A stretch of 64,000 bases of DNA from assembly GCF_902150065.1 (NCBI RefSeq), contig NC_043996.1:24924745-24988744 (forward strand). The letters are read 5' to 3'. This DNA comes from Myripristis murdjan (lineage: Eukaryota). Of this stretch, positions 1-12,789 are shown piece after piece; within the stretch, counting starts at the first letter, position 1, and every line of letters starts with the position of its first letter. The notes below the pieces were generated by a model, which was not told the origin of the DNA, ran no database searches, and saw only the letters and a list, made by a program, of their open reading frames with translations. A program made the translations under genes and the position numbers.

Positions 1-113
1 TGTCTCCTCTCTTTGTCTCCAGTTTTCACTTCATTACTCAGGTTAAGGCTCGCTGAGTCAACTTAAACCAGTGTTTAATGTTGAATGTTGAATTTATTAA
101 CTGTATTCCAGTG

Positions 114-148
<35 letters not shown>

Positions 149-858
149 AGAAGGGTTTTAAGTGTCAGCTTTTCATGTGCCAGAAAATTATTTTCATGTA
201 TTCTGAGAGGTAAACCAACTAAATCTATTATGAGCACATGAGATGGATACCATGTCTGACACAGGAAATCCAATTCAGCTAAGAAATATCATAAAAAAAA
301 TTAATGGTGCACACTTCCCTCCATAATCAGATCTTGAAACGTTAGTGTGTCTGTTCACATGGCCGGGGTAAATTGATGAGATTGAGATTAGTCAGCTTTG
401 TCCTGAAGATATGTGTGTGTGCTGCCTTTTTACTTTTGGGTATTTAACATTGGGACTTCAATAATTTTGGTTCAGCACCACAAACAAACACTGGGAAAGT
501 GCATCCTGTCAAAGATCTAAATATTATAAACCTAAAAAAAAAAATGCAGATTGAATAACAAGACTGAAAAGGACACCAGTTGCTGTAACTTTAATTTTCA
601 TCACATCAGAGACATACGACTCACATAACATATACAAAAAATGTCTAGATTATTATTTTAAGCAAAGTAGGGAAGGATTCTGGGTGTTAGAGTCAAATGC
701 AGTGCATGATGGGTAGTAGCCTGCACTGACAAATGAGTAAACGTCTCATCAAACTGATCAGCACAGTGAACGCTTCAGATTAGTTTCTCCTAATGAAACT
801 GTGGGTTTTGACAGCGTGGCTCTGTGTTTTAATCGAGGCCGTCTCTCTCCCTGTGCAG

Positions 859-1059
859 GTGTTCTGCATCGTCACGCTCATGTTGCTCTTCACCTTCACC
901 GTGGTGTGTGTGTTCACCTTCTCCCAAGTGGTCAGAAAGGCGGTGCAGCGCAACATCTGGGTCTACGTCAGCTCCGTCATCGTCTTCCTGGTGGTGTTCC
1001 TCAGCCTCAGCCTCTGCAAGACCTTAAGCCGGCGGCACCCCTGGAACATTGTGGCGCTG
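859..1059 (+). CDS. TMBIM (Lifeguard/GRINA-like, BAX-inhibitor motif) family protein, internal exon (gene 5' end lies outside window)
   Basis: Acceptor cctgtgcag|GTG, donor CTG|gtgggt; 67 codons VFCIVTLMLLF...SRRHPWNIVAL match the TMBIM TM region (RRKHPWNLVAL motif). Confidence 0.8.
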
Positions 1060-1066
1060 GTGGGTG

Positions 1067-1099
<33 letters not shown>

Positions 1100-2939
1100 G
1101 ACACACACGCTGAGAGACAAATCTGATGGGCGGCAAATTCACACAAACAAGGTGGAAACTGAAACTGGCTCTAGGTTTTCTGGCTCATCGTTGTTGGGTT
1201 GAGGTTGTTGAAGCCCCACAACTCATCCCTACTGCAGCCATCATAACCCTTTGAAATTAAAATGATCAGGAAATTAGTAAAAAATATAGGAAATAACCAG
1301 AAAATTACCAAAATGAATTACAGACAATTAGTAAAACATTACAGGAAAAAACAGAAAACAATTTATAATTAATCTACAATTATTGTGAATAGTATAGGCT
1401 CCTGGATTTTGAAAGGGTTACTTGATTTACACAGTAACAGTGACACAGACCTGCTGATTTATTTTTATGTAAAAAACAAACAGACAAACAAACAAACAAA
1501 CAAAAAAACATAAAAGTCTTTGGCACATTTCTGCTAAAGCTACAATGCGTCGATATCAAATAATAATAATCTTTAAATGTGACCATTTTTATCACCAAAA
1601 AAATTGGGAACAAATTCTTGGTAGGGTGGAGAAGCCTTTGGTAATAGTGTGGCTACTATTTATAATAATAATAATAATAATTATAACAGCAACAACAATA
1701 ACAACGGCAATAATAATTTGTACTCTTCTTCTTCATCATCATTATTATTACAAATTCATATTAGGTCATTTGGAAATCAAATGATGCATTAGAATCAGGT
1801 CAAGCACTTCTGGATATCTGATCATTAATGCAAAGCCGTTATTGGCCTGATAGATCTTCAAATCAATATTTTCTCTTTAGAAACACACATACAACCAACA
1901 GCAGTCAGGCAGCAACTGATTTATTATACACATCTATATCTTGATTTACTGGTGGACAGAATCAAAAAATCTAAAAAACATGAGCGATGTTGCTTGCCAC
2001 AAAAAATGATCTTTATTAAATACTACAACTGGGACACAATGGGGAAAAAAATGTCGATTTTTATCTGAGTGTTGTTATGAAATATGTGAGGGGAAGACAG
2101 CTTGTTCTTACAGATGGTGAAATGTGTCCTCAGCTGAACATTATTCATGTTAGAGCACCTTCTGGAAATATTACCCAAATTAAGAGCGAGTAAAAAAAAA
2201 AAAAAAAAAAAGGCTGTAGAAAAGGCTGCTGTAGACAAAATAAAAATGCTACATAAATCACTCAGCCATAACAATACTCTGTATCAATGTGACATACCTT
2301 AACATAAATACTTACTTAAAGTATTTAATTTATTATTCCTATTCATGTCTTCCTGTTTTTCTCTGTTTTTGAGTGCTATAGAAGCTACTGAGTCAAGTTC
2401 CTTGTATGCATAAGCAAACCTGGCCAGAAAAGCTTAATCCGATTTTCAGAGAAATCAATAAAAAAAAGGCCATTGTACTTCCCACCTTACTTTACCTTAC
2501 CTGCTGTTTTAGGAAGTACTTCCCCTTCGCCAACCTTCAAATCTCACATTTGCATTGTATTTTGGAGAAGCTGGTGCCTTTTATTGCTTCAAATAAAAAC
2601 CTCAGTTTCCTCTTTAGCTGTGTTCACACTCCCTGCTAACTGCCGGCATGTTGAAGTAGGCCAGACCTCTTCCTGTATTGTGGTGTGTAAACGTGTCACT
2701 GCTCAAACACCGCCGCACAGGGTTGCAAGTTCAATTTCACTGAAGTGGAAAAAAAAAAATATATATATATATATATGTATATATATGACTCACTAATGTG
2801 CTTTTGTAAACATTATTATGACAGAACTTACAGTAACTGGACTCTGTGATGCTATCTGCTGATGTGATAAAGCAACAAGGGAGGAAATGGCGGCCACAGT
2901 GACATTTTGGTTGTAAAATGATCTGTGTTGTGCTCACAG

Positions 2940-3068
2940 GCCGTGGTCAACATCAGCATGTCCTACATGGTGGGGACCATTGCCTCCTACCATGACACTG
3001 CCGCCGTTGTCTTCACCATGGGAGCGACGCTGGCCATCTCCCTGGCCATCATCAGCTTCTCAATCCAG
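2940..3068 (+). CDS. TMBIM family protein exon
   Basis: cacag|GCC ... CAG|gtcaga; AVVNISMSYMVGTIASYHDTAAVVFTMGATLAISLAIISFSIQ; phase 0-0. Confidence 0.8.
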
Positions 3069-3962
3069 GTCAGACACACACACCTAACATTTAAAAATAC
3101 CGTCAATCAACCACTTTTGAGCAGGAGAGGTCATTTGTATGAGGTGGCAGATTATTTTCTCACATTTTCCTCCTTCCTTTTTTTAATCTCTTTCTCCTCT
3201 GCACTCTAAAACATGTTACTTTCAAAAAACGAGGCAACATTTTCCAAGCATTTTTAGGAGTTAGGTGAACTTCAGCATATGCAAGTGATAAAAATGAGTA
3301 GAGCCTACAAGAAACAGTCAAGAAATTTGGGTTGGGTTTACTCTCTGATGTGTATTTCATTGTAAGTGAAAAAATTTAGTACAGCCTAGTTGATTAAATT
3401 AACTAAACCTGTGAGTGAGTTGCATCATCCATCAACTTCACTGTTTTTACAACAAAAAAGGAAAGATATAGGGAATTGTATGGACATGGCAATGCATTTA
3501 TTCTTTAACATTAGCAGTATAAGTATCTTTATAACAACCCTGACATACATATAACAAGTCAAAACTCTCAGACAGTTTCACCAGCTTTAAAGGCAACATA
3601 AACAAATAGTGTGTTAGGATTTAACATCTTTTTCTCCTCCTTCACTGAAAATGACAACTCCTCAGATTCACCCCAAAATCTGATCTTGAGGGAAAATTTA
3701 AATTTTAGACATTTGTTCTCTCTGCTGCTCATGTCCACTGTCCCAGATCTTCTATAAGACTGGGTCATAATTCAGTGTTATCAAAATGTGTCTTTCAATG
3801 GGATCGTGTTATGATGAAATTATGATATTGTGAGATTGAGCTAGCAATTTTGATGACATCTGCCATATTTCAGGGATTATCAGATGAGTTACTTAGTTTT
3901 GGTTTGATATTACAACTTCATATTACTATACCATTCAGTGTGATGCTTGTCAGTTGCTTTGC

Positions 3963-4250
3963 TTAAAGGAATTCTCCAATGTTTTGGGTAAAATACCCCT
4001 TTTCTGACTCATTCAGACTGAGACAAGATGTTGGACACCCTTTTCACCAGTGTTAGCTTAGCATAAAGACTTGAAGTCTATGGGAGTCGTTAGCCTGGTT
4101 CTGTCCAAGTGAAAAAAACAACCTTACAGCCACTCTGAAGTGTCTGATTTACACAGTAAATCATGTGGATTTGAAATACACGTCTTGGAAGTCAGTCTGA
4201 GTAGGATGGAAAAGGGGTATTCTGCCCAAAATATTGGAGTATTCCTTTAA
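3963..4250. mobile_element. MITE, piggyBac-like (TTAA-flanked), ~26-bp TIR TTAAAGGAATWCTCCAATRTTTTGGG; copy 1, in a TMBIM intron
   Basis: Start gcTTAAAGGAATTCTCCAATGTTTTGGGTAAAATACCCC and end GGGTATTCTGCCCAAAATATTGGAGTATTCCTTTAAca are reverse complements; TTAA at both ends; second copy at 15477-15867. Confidence 0.7.
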
Positions 4251-4422
4251 CATGAGCTTCCATGTGGGTGAGAGGACATTGTTTTGACCACATTGTGTTG
4301 CTGATACTCCTGTTACTACAGTACAGTCAAAATACTCTGGACTCAAGTCTTAATAGCTCGTCAAAGCATTTTCAGTGTAAAAGCACAGAGAATTCATCAC
4401 CATATCTGTGTTTTGCCTGCAG

Positions 4423-4566
4423 AATCGTTATGATTTCACCATTTGCTCCGGCCTCCTGGTGGTTCTGGTTGTCGACCTGCTCATGTTTGCCATCTTCTCC
4501 TCCTTCTACTACTACCGCATGTTGGATATCGTCTATGGATGTCTGGGAGCGCTGCTCTTTGCACTG
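4423..4566 (+). CDS. TMBIM family protein exon
   Basis: ctgcag|AAT ... CTG|gtactg; NRYDFTICSGLLVV...RMLDIVYGCLGALLFAL matches GRINA-like TRYDFTSC / ILEIVYASLGALLF. Confidence 0.8.
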
Positions 4567-4951
4567 GTACTGCACAACACAAAAATAACACAAATCACAC
4601 TACTGAGTATGAGAAGTCAGCGAGGGCTAAAACTGTAAACATGGATGACATATTCGTCAATCAGTCAATTAATCAATCAATCAAAATTTAATTATATAGT
4701 ACTTTTCTTAAAATCCAATGCAACACAGTGTTTCACAAGATAAAATTAAACATATCCTAGTTAAAAGCCCAGTTAAAGAGGAATGTTTTAAGTTTTTTAA
4801 GTTTATGTTTAAATTTTTTCTGCACTGTCCTCTAACCTGTGATCCTGCGGGAGGCCGCTGCTAATTCTTGGACCAGAATCGATAAAAGTCGCTTGACTGT
4901 GGCCCCCCACAGTCAAGCGACACAGCATGTTATTAAAATGCCACTCGAAGA

Positions 4952-5128
4952 GGAACTAGGCAATCAGAATCAGAATCGGAATCAGAATCAGAATCAAGAA
5001 TCAGAATCAGAATCAGAATCACAAATCAGAATCAGAATCACAAATCAGAAAAATAAACAGAATCAGCATTAAGAATCAGAAACAGACTCAGAATCAGAAT
5101 CAAGAATCAGAATCAGAATCGGAAATAT
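4952..5128. repeat. hexanucleotide (AGAATC)n microsatellite in a TMBIM intron
   Basis: gaatcagaatcagaatcggaatcagaatc... Confidence 0.9.
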
Positions 5129-6654
5129 TGAAATATAGGGGAACAAAATCCCAGTTTTATCTATTTTTATATTCCTGATTAGCTTGAATGGGTAGAGAGC
5201 GTCACTGAGGGTTACCCGTTGACACTGTGTACACTCATGGTGCTGTAATTTGCTTTAAGTCGTGCCCACCAGCTGGTGTTGTAGTACTTCCCTCTTCTGA
5301 GCACAAGAAGTTATTTCACAAAGTTGGAGGAAAGAGTGAAAAAAGAAATATGCATCCCAGTGACACTGACTTGAATCTTGCATATTACGATTAGGAACAT
5401 GCATCAGCAATGCGTACTCATCATTGGCAATAGTAACATTTCAGAAGATATTTCATAACACTGTAAGTAATCTTGTGAAATGCCCCCCTACTTCCCGTTT
5501 GGTGGGTTCCTCGTCAGCCCGTGTGACACTACCGTCTTGACAGGTCGCTCCGCTGCCATCAGATGAGGGAAGCTCAGGCTGAGGTTCGCTGTGGAAACAA
5601 TAAAAAAAACAGTTTCTCTTAAAAAACAGTTTCACTTAATGTTTTGGTACAAATGCAAAGTGACTTCAATTCCGGGGGACAAACAGAGGCCAAGAATCAC
5701 TTCCACAATCAATCAGACAACAAGGAACTGTTCAGCTCCAAAAAAAAAAAAAAAAAGTGTGATCAAGTTTACAAGCAAGTTTACATGATCAGAGAGGAGA
5801 CGTAAAGCCTCAGTCCAGGTGGTGAACTAACGTCTGGAGGGTCCCTGTGATGAAGTTATTATCCTTAAACTTTTATCAAAATAAATGTCTGTTTCTCTTC
5901 TCTGTATCACCAGCTGGTACTGTACATATCAAAGGTGATTTAATGTATACTTAACTCAGAAAAGGTTTTATATTTTCAGTTCTACACACCCAGTATCTGG
6001 TGGCTCGGTCTTTGGAAAACTCCTCAGACAGACAGGAAGTTATGTGTTTCAGCAGGAAAGAGCGCCACCTACAGAAACTCTAACTCCATCAACAGAAAAT
6101 TCAAGGAAAAGTGCATCAGAGTGCTGATCTTCAATGCAAAAACACAGAGTAACAATAAAGAATCAAAAAGAATAATAAAAACATCTCAAGTGCAACTTTT
6201 AGCCGCTTCTTTGCTTTCCAGAACAGAATAAAAAATGTCACAGGTGCCGAAGTGCTCTCGAGCAAGACAGCAAATCCCTACCAGCTCATGTGGTGATTAT
6301 TGTAGCTGAACCTGACCTCTGACCTCTCTGTGGAGGCAGGCAAGAGAAAAACCCGTTTCTAGTATCAAAGGACACAAAGTTTTAGAGAACGATGGCTGGT
6401 ATTTGTATTTTAGTTTTCCTACTCTCCCCTAAATTTGTGGAATATTTTCATCTTTTTTTCTCGATGCCACAGAATCAAACGCAGTAACGCTGTTCGATGA
6501 GCGAGGTCAGGAGGTTACAGTCGGCTTTTCATTACAGCTGCTCGTTATAATAACAATAAAGTTGAATTAAATTGAACTGAATTGAATGGGTACATGTCAA
6601 AATATTGTAGGATAAACTTAGCAAATTGGTGAGTTATTGTAGGAAGTCATCCTG

Positions 6655-6659
<5 letters not shown>

Positions 6660-6711
<52 letters not shown>
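6660..6711. repeat. (CT)n microsatellite forming the polypyrimidine tract of the TMBIM last-exon acceptor
   Basis: ctctct x26 immediately followed by cag|TTC at 6713. Confidence 0.95.
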
Positions 6712-6713
<2 letters not shown>

Positions 6714-6715
<2 letters not shown>

Positions 6716-6848
6716 CCTGATGATAGACGTTCAGCTCCTGACGGGCAGCATGAGCTACCGTACAAGCCCAGAGGACTATGTGAGCGCCGCCCTCACCATC
6801 TACCTGGACATTGTCTTCATCTTCCTCTACCTGTTGGGGAGGAGGTGA
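6714..6848 (+). CDS. TMBIM family protein, terminal exon with TGA stop
   Basis: (CT)n tract then cag|TTC; FLMIDVQLLTGSMSYRTSPEDYVSAALTIYLDIVFIFLYLLGRR* matches the conserved TMBIM C-terminus ([24 protein letters not shown]). Confidence 0.85.
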
Positions 6849-6867
6849 ACACAAACACACAGCACAT

Positions 6868-6911
<44 letters not shown>
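6868..6911. repeat. (CA)n microsatellite in the TMBIM 3'UTR
   Basis: acacacac.. Confidence 0.9.
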
Positions 6912-6914
<3 letters not shown>

Positions 6915-7033
6915 CCAAAGAGTACCTGCACTGAAAATACCCTTTATTTTGTAAATACGCTCATCATCCTGTTCATCTCACATGCAGCAAATGAATGAAT
7001 ATCAATCTCTGAATGATTTTTTTTATCATTATT

Positions 7034-7039
7034 AATAAA
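7034..7039 (+). terminator. AATAAA polyadenylation signal, candidate for the TMBIM gene (186 nt after the stop)
   Basis: attaATAAAagtg downstream of the TGA at 6846-6848. Confidence 0.4.
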
Positions 7040-7440
7040 AGTGCTTATGTATCAACAACAAACAAAAAATGGTTCTGTGATTTATATTTTTTCATTTATT
7101 TATTTTGAGTGTTGCATGTTAGGCCGCGTGAGTATTTGATGTGGCAAACATTTGACAAAAATAAATCATTTAATTACATTATCATTTATTATCATTTAAA
7201 TACATTACTAGACCACAGAAAAACTAATTAATGCACATGACAGTAAAGGTGCAGCAGACAGAGATTATATTTTGTTTATTACATTTTGCAACTTGTGGAA
7301 TAGATCAGATTTGTCCTGGTTGTGGCTACTCGCAGGGAGAACATCGTCCAAGCCAGTTTGAGGCGGATGAATCTGACAATTTTGTTTTAAAGAAAATGTT
7401 ACATAAAAATAACATGGAATCATAATCAGAAATCCTTGAT

Positions 7441-7680
7441 CCCTGAGGGGAAACTGGGTCAGCTGCTGTTGCTCAATTCTCAAGAGAATGAAATTATAAG
7501 ACATAGAAAAAGAAATGCGAAATATAAAAATATGTGCCTTACAAATGTGTAAAAGAAAAAAAAAAGGATGTGCATCAAGTCTAAATATGTGCATTAATCC
7601 TACAAAATATGACATCAGTAAATATAGAAATAAGAAATTGAGCATATGTAAAAAAGTATACCTATATACACCAAACACAC
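7441..7680 (+). repeat. interspersed repeat family, copy A (unclassified)
   Basis: GGGAAACTGGGTCAGCTGCT..ATTCTCAAGAGAATGAAATTATAAGACATAGAAAAAGAAATGCGAAATATAAAAATATGTGCCTTACAAATGTG.. is near-identical in order to 38575-38810. Confidence 0.65.
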
Positions 7681-9365
7681 ACAGGGATGTTGCATCGTTG
7701 AATATGGCAGGTTTTCCATCACCTAAACTGAAATAGTTTTCTTATTTTGCCCAGTTTACATATTTGAGAAGCATTGTGTTTTATATCTGTATCTGCTAGC
7801 AGGCCTTCACAATAAGAGTTGCCATAATAATATGTTAGTTCCACTGCAGGAGAAATTTGATTTGTTTTCTGCAACCAGGTGGAAAAAATATGTGCGTATA
7901 TCTGTATCGGCAAGAAACAAATGTTTAGGCAATATTGAGTTTATTTATTCAGTTGTTATTTGTATTATTTATACACCACATCATGTCTCAAAGGGCTTTA
8001 ATCCATATTATATACATCTATTTACCACAACATCCATATACAGTCTATATATATTATACAACATATGATACATTATACACCAAAGTACACACAAAATACT
8101 GAAAGCTAAGTTATGGTACTTTATGTTATAGTGTAATAACTTGTTAAATGTAATAAATGAGCTGAAAATATAATAAAATGTTAATGCAATACCTGATGAC
8201 GACCTCACATTGTTACATGGACCAGCACTTATTACTTTATAGGAGAGTAACATATTTTTAACTGGTGATGTAATACTTACGTTGACTAATGATGTGATAT
8301 TTTATAAGAATAACAGGATGTAATAAATTAATTAATCCATTAATTAATCCATAAATTGTATCTTTAGTCAATATTATTTTTACATCATCAGTTCAAAATA
8401 TGTTACTGTAATTAAAACTTGATAATTCTCAGTGACTATATTCATCTGAAGTTATTACATTAAGTGGGAAACAAGTAATGAACTGGTTGTATTACAGTTT
8501 CACCTAATTTTGAAGGATTTTTCGCAAATTGTTACATTATTCAGCATTTCTGCATTACCAGCTGCATTTGTTTCACCTGAGAAACTTAATTTGTGATAAG
8601 GCTTTTTTATCATCTGCCCAGTGAAAAGTCCAAAATCAACAGGCTCTCTCCTCAAGGCATCCACTGCTGGTGACATTTTGATCGTACACACATTCCTGTC
8701 AATCAAGAAATGGAATATAATTACTCTGACACAAAATGGGAAAGGTAGACACCAACATAAAGTGTCTTCATAAAGCAGCACGAGCACCCAGGACATTTTT
8801 TGTTTTTTTTTACTGTGCACAGTCACTGATCCCTGCTGGCCTGTAGATGGAGGCACTGGAAGGTTCATCAGGGTAGAAACGCTTCCACCTTCCACCTCAG
8901 AGCTGCTCCCTATTTTATTATATCCTCTGAAACCTAAACATTCCTTACTTTTTTGCTTTTTTGGATATTTAATAATTGCTAGTGTGCCTTGGATCTTTTC
9001 TATATGGACTTTTAGATCGTGTCGCCTCTCTGCCCTCATGCTTGTAAGCCCAGGCAGCTTTCCTTTTGTTTAAAATATAGACTCTTGTCTAAAAATCCAT
9101 ACAAATAAAAAAAAAAAAACATGATAATAACAACCATTATAATAATTCTCACTCACTAATGATACCAATAGTAATATTAAAAGTAGTAGCAGTAACAACA
9201 ACAACAACAACAACAACAATACAGCATAGTAGCATAAAATAGCATTACATAAATACTTACAGAAGTATAAGAAGTTATTTTTATTATTTGATAGCCTCTG
9301 GTCCTTATATAATAATAATTAGATAGTTATATAGCGATTGTTATGGCTGTTATTATCGTAGCACA

Positions 9366-9553
9366 ATGACTATTAAAACTACTACTACTACTACTGCTAC
9401 TACTGCTACTACTACTGCTACTAGTACTACTACTGCTACTACTACTACTACTACTGCTACTACTGCTACCGCTATTACTACTACTACTACTACTGCTACT
9501 ACTACTACTACTACTACTACCACTACTACTAATACTACTACCACTACTACCAT

Positions 9554-9592
<39 letters not shown>

Positions 9593-9674
9593 CACTACTA
9601 CTACTGCTGCTACTACTACAACTACTGCTGCTACTACTACTACCATTACTACTACTCCTACGACTACTGCTACG

Positions 9675-9711
<37 letters not shown>

Positions 9712-9830
9712 TTACTATCACTACTACTACTACTACTACTACTACAACTACTACTACTACCATACTACTAATACTACTACCACTAAAACTACTACTACTA
9801 CTACTGCTACTACTACTATTAGTACTACAC
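9366..9830. repeat. very long imperfect trinucleotide microsatellite (ACT/GCT)n, ~465 bp
   Basis: actactactgctactact... continuous; it generates the spurious poly-Thr/poly-Val ORFs 9366-9845 and 9353-9970. Confidence 0.95.
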
Positions 9831-9845
9831 ATACAGTACAGATGA

Positions 9846-9918
<73 letters not shown>
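9846..9918. repeat. (TG)n microsatellite abutting the trinucleotide array
   Basis: tgtgtgtg x ~36. Confidence 0.95.
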
Positions 9919-9920
<2 letters not shown>

Positions 9921-10388
9921 GATACATACACACACAAACACTGTCCTTGGTCTGATTTGCGGTAAAACACCAGGGCCTCTAAATGAGTTTCCAGAGAAGA
10001 CGCATCACGATCAGAGAGCTCAAGGCGTCTGTCACTGGTGATGCTTTGTTTTCCACGTCACCGTCAGCTCGGCCTCTGTTTCCTGTGAAATATGAAACAC
10101 AAAGTTGGCACGTCCGGAGAGGGGAGACTGGCAGCCAAAGTACATAACAAATAATTAAAAACAAATAAAAAGGAATCTGGGTCAGCTCAGCACCTTTACT
10201 TGCCTGAGGGATCACACTCACGCTGTGGTTCCTTCTCTCAGTATCAGTTGTGTCCATCAGTCACTCCAGGGTTTGGTTTATTTTAGCGGTTCTCTGGAAC
10301 TCAGGCACCATCACTAAATTAAATGTGTCACGCAACCTCCCGTTTGTCAGTCCACCGCGTCAGGATGGGAAATGTATCTCTATCAACT

Positions 10389-10389
<1 letters not shown>

Positions 10390-10438
<49 letters not shown>
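10390..10438. repeat. (TCTA)n tetranucleotide microsatellite
   Basis: tctatctatcta.. Confidence 0.95.
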
Positions 10439-10976
10439 CATAAAATTTAATTAAGTTAGTACAAAGCTTATAGTGATCAATGTTGTTAATCAGAGTTGCA
10501 GCTGAACCTCATTTTCAAGGGACTTCTCCATTTTTCCACATTTCACTGAATTACATCATTAATTCAATTCAAATTGGACTTTTTTTTGTTATTAATTGTT
10601 TTTTATTTATGTATGTATCATTAACAATTGAAAAACAATCAACATAATGCTCTTGTTCCATACATAAAATACATTATATAGCAGACAAGAAACAATAAAA
10701 GAAAGAAAAAGAAAAAAAATGGACTTAAATAGAACAGAATTAAGATAATACAAAGGTTTTTTTGTTTGTTTGTTTGTTTGTTTGTTGCGATTTTGCCAAC
10801 AGTTTAATTTGGGATTGTTTCATGGCAAGATTTCTTTTGTAACGTTGCAGTAAATAATAAAATATAATAATAATAATAAAAGTAATCCCTTCAAATAATT
10901 CAAAGTAGTGTAATTGTTTTATTTTTCTCTCATGTTGCATCCAAATTTCGTTGAAATAAAAAATAAAATAAAGTAA

Positions 10977-11007
<31 letters not shown>

Positions 11008-12789
11008 GTAATAATAAAAAGCTTTAAAAAACACAAAATTTTTGAAGTAGAAAAAATGACAATTACTTGATGATCCTGAATATAAATAAAATAAAATTAA
11101 TACAAAGCTTATAGAGGGTTTTTTGGCACTATTGTCCTCCGTTTGGTTTGGTTCAGTGTGTTTTGCCGTAGTGGCCAGCAGCCTGAGTAAGTGTCAGCGG
11201 TTTCCATGTTTCCTGTTGAACAACTTCTTTCAGCTCGTCCTTGTGAAGTGTTTTCATCTGCAGACGGTGCCAGTTCTCTGGAAAAGCGGCTGCCTTCTTG
11301 GAAATCAGCATTCAGATGGATGTGGGCATGTGGCTGCTGAAGTCTGGCACCCAGGACAGCCCATAATTACAGCTTTATTCATTCAGTTTCAGTGGTCGTG
11401 TCATATCTTGTAATAGCTTGTGTGATTAGGTGAACCACTATGAGAACTAAAACAAATGGCACTTCTCACATGTCAACACTTTTTTTTCCTTAACAATTTC
11501 AAGTGAAAGTCCAAAGCGGTGGTGTTGAGGTGTGACTTCTAAAAAGTGATATTTATGTCAAAACATACGCTTAGAAAATTTGTCTTCACCCAGGAAGTTG
11601 AGATCTTTCAACTGTGAAGTATGGCCTTCATGTTTTCATCTTCTGGAACTGACTTGTTGATCAAAAAATGGCAGCAACATGAAACCTGAAAGTGTCAATT
11701 TTTCATATCCATCCCCACCACCTGAGCCTTTTCTCCTGGGAAAATATATATATACAAAAATAAGACTCATAACTGTAAAATAAGACTCAAAACAAAGCAA
11801 CAAAGACAAATACAAACAATTTTTAGTATATAAACACAAATTTAAAAAAGGTAGCTGAATTATTACACTATTACCTGCACAAATAAAGCTAAATTGCACA
11901 AATCCTTTATCACACAAATACACAAAAAGAATAACACACTCATAAGGAAGAGAGCCTGAATATAAAATATTGAACAAGAATCACAAACAAAATGGAGGAA
12001 CTGCCATCTAAACCCAAATAGTCCTAACATTTATAACTATAAGTAGAAAAATACATGCAAAAATAACACTCATAAATACCAAAAAGAAGTACCCAAACTA
12101 AATAGAGACATACTTTTGCATATAAACACAAATAAAAAGAGAATCAGATTATTACACTATTATACTCTTTATATTATGGTTAATGATTTTGCACAAAAAT
12201 GCAGCAATATGTCTGTAAAACTATATATATCACAGTGCTATGAATGCATTGTGGTTTATTTGGACTGTGCAAAGTTAAAGGTGCATTATTTTTGATAGAT
12301 TGATCATACCCCTCCCCCCTGAACAAGTTTCCTGCCAGGTAAATGTGCACCGGGGCTATTCACAGAAGCATAAAACGCCCTCGCACATACTTCATAATCC
12401 ACATAACACTAGTTGATAGAAATACAGCAGGGACTGACGGCTGAGCTGGCAGCAGCCCCTAATTATGAGTGGCTTGTGTAATTACGTGTCACTCTTAACC
12501 GCTGCCACTTGATTTTTGTTGGCGATGACTCAAAGAAGTCGAGGCAGCGAGAGGCAACTTTGATGCGGAGATCAAAAGGCTGCTTGCTTCATATTTTAAT
12601 TGGTCTGTTCGATAATAATAAGATGTAACTTTGTGTCAACAGAAGTTTCTTGTGTACAAAGAAAAGTGTCCTGTTGATAATTGTCATAAACCACAGTTAA
12701 CAACTTACTGTCTCATAGGGAATAGCTGCAGTAAAGAATCTAATGTGAAGTATAATTAAGACAAAAGGTAAAGATCCCTGTGTGCATGG

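Noticed and set aside
8500-9039. 179-aa minus-strand ORF in the tmbim-calpain intergenic region
   Set aside because: It has no recognisable domain, a low-complexity composition, no splice context and no codon-usage resemblance to the neighbouring genes. It is most likely a chance ORF in AT-rich DNA.
9353-9970. 205-aa poly-Val ORF (minus) and 159-aa poly-Thr ORF (plus)
   Set aside because: They are direct translations of the (ACT/GCT)n trinucleotide microsatellite and (TG)n.
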